A DNA stretch of 63,109 nucleotides, from contig NC_068981.1 of NCBI RefSeq assembly GCF_001194135.2, forward strand, positions 37,242,804 through 37,305,912, given 5' to 3'. Shown here piece after piece: positions 61,557 through 63,109 of the stretch (position 1 is the stretch's first letter; every line of letters starts with the position of its first letter). The DNA comes from Octopus bimaculoides. Lineage: Eukaryota. The notes under the pieces are model-generated. The model saw only the letters and a list, made by a program, of their open reading frames with translations. It did no database searches and was not told the DNA's origin. Position numbers and translations under genes: made by a program.

Positions 61557-62569
61557 ATATATATATATATATATAGTTACTCTTATGTGTAACTCTGTGT
61601 TTATATGTGCATATGCATATATATGCGTGTCTGTGTGTCTCTATGTGTATATTTGTGTGATTGTGTATATGTGGACAGCAAACTGTATGTAAAAAATATG
61701 AATAAAATTTGAGACTCTGATGAGAGGAATGCCATTCAATCTCTCAACTAACTTGATCAACAATATCAAGAATAACAACTGCAATAATCAATAGACATAA
61801 AGGAAATTATTTCCTAAGCTGTTCTGCAGCTCAAATAATCAATAGTGCATTATTTCAAGGATAGGCCCCTGTCTTATAGAAAAGATGTTTTACTTCAATG
61901 TTTTATTTTTGTTGATGTTACTGCTGTTACCCTTTAGGAGGTATAAAATAAACCACAAACTGTAGTAATTAAAAAGAAAATAATAAAACAAACTGTGATC
62001 ATTTCTCCACCATTCTTCATCCTCCTCCTTATCATTGTCATCATCATCACCTTCATCATCTTCATTATCATTGTGATGTTATTATTTGGTAATGTTGTTG
62101 GAATTTTAGTCACAATGAAAAGGAAAGTAATATTTACGTTGTGCACACCATCATTGTTGCAAGTGGACTGGTGTTGCATTTGTCATTGCATCTCAAACCT
62201 TCCAGGCAAAACATACATGTATCGGAAGTGCAATAACAAAACCTATTAAGAGTGAACCTTGCCTAAATATGAAGATCACATTGCACTTGACAATAAGCAT
62301 CACAACCAGACATGTGTTTGGATAATGTCTGTAGTGATTCCTTAATACATATGGTACTTGGGCATTTCTTTTATACAATGTCTACTTTGTTGTTAAGAGT
62401 GAAGATGAAGTTTGAGGTTTGTTTAATCATAGTGGCTGATGTAGTTTGTTGATTCAGAATTTGATGGTTAATGTTGAGGGATTGTAAAGATCTGTTTCTT
62501 ATGTTTGACAATACTGCAAAATATTGAACAACTCTTATAAGAGACATTGAAAATGGCTATTATATCATT

Positions 62570-62768
62570 GGGTGAATTGTTAGAATCGTTTAAGCAGCAA
62601 ATAAAATACCATGCTATATTTTAATTTACACACCTCCATATTGAGTTCAAATTCTGCACAAGCTGACTTTATCTTTCATCCTATTGAGTATGGACCAGTC
62701 TAGTACTTGCGTTAATATTATCACTAGTCCTCTTCTCCCAAAGTCTTGACCTTGTATCTATATTATAG
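62570..62768 (+). mobile_element. SINE family A, old
   Basis: GGGTGAATTGTTAGAATCGTT...TTGAGTTCAAATTCTG...CTTTCATCC...GACCTTGTATCTATATTATAG. Confidence 0.65.
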
Positions 62769-63109
62769 ATCAAAGGAGTCATACCCAATGACTGGTGTAG
62801 CAGCATCATAGTCAACTGCTACAAAGGTAAAGGTGACGCTTTAGATACAAATAATTACAGAGGGATCAAGCTGTTAGATCAGGTTATGAAAGTTACAGAG
62901 AGGGTCATAGCCCAACTAATTAGGGAGTGAATCAATTTAGATGAGATGCAGTTTGGGTTCGTGCCAGGTAAAAGCACTACTGATGCCTTATTTCTAGTGA
63001 GACAGTTGCAGGAGAAATACCTAGCTAAGGATAAACCTCTGTACCTGGCTTTCGTTGACATGGAGAAAGCCTTTGACAGGGTCCCCCGATCCCTTATCTG
63101 GTGGTCAAT
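62769..63109 (+). pseudogene. Young RTE-clade LINE reverse transcriptase (continues beyond the window)
   Basis: IKGVIPNDWCSSIIVNCYKGKGDALDTNNYRGIKLLDQVMKVTERVIAQLIRE*INLDEMQFGFVPGKSTTDALFLVRQLQEKYLAKDKPLYLAFVDMEKAFDRVPRSLIWWS. One in-frame TGA at 62928-62930. Confidence 0.95.

Noticed and set aside
1643-61576. Long ORFs in the track (YIYI, HTHT, X-rich)
   Set aside because: They are translations of (TA)/(CA)/(TACA) microsatellites or N-gaps.
61-62768. tRNA genes
   Set aside because: All A/B-box-like sequences continue into SINE bodies, and no cloverleaf is complete.

Overview
AT-rich, microsatellite-dense eukaryotic genomic DNA with ten N-gaps. It is most likely a coleoid cephalopod (Octopus-type), inferred from the SINE families and repeat landscape and not from any database search. 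No complete protein-coding gene can be read from the sequence. Almost every ORF in the supplied track is a microsatellite or gap artefact, or a piece of a decayed transposon. The window is a layered mosaic of three tRNA-derived SINE families, a non-autonomous RTE-derived element with an internal minisatellite, five or six R4/Dong-like (restriction-like endonuclease) LINE remnants, several RTE LINE remnants, two Helitrons, a hAT MITE and a mariner remnant. A few splice-bounded candidate exons belong to unidentified host gene(s). The most notable signal is four hammerhead-ribozyme-like motifs (19848+, 30264-, 30653+, 42550+). The best one sits at the tip of a long nested stem in a highly structured ~300-nt element. 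Another lies inside a ~480-bp unit bounded by direct repeats. Both arrangements resemble Penelope pLTRs or non-LTR retrozymes. Coordinates of old, decayed repeats are approximate (about 10-50 bp).
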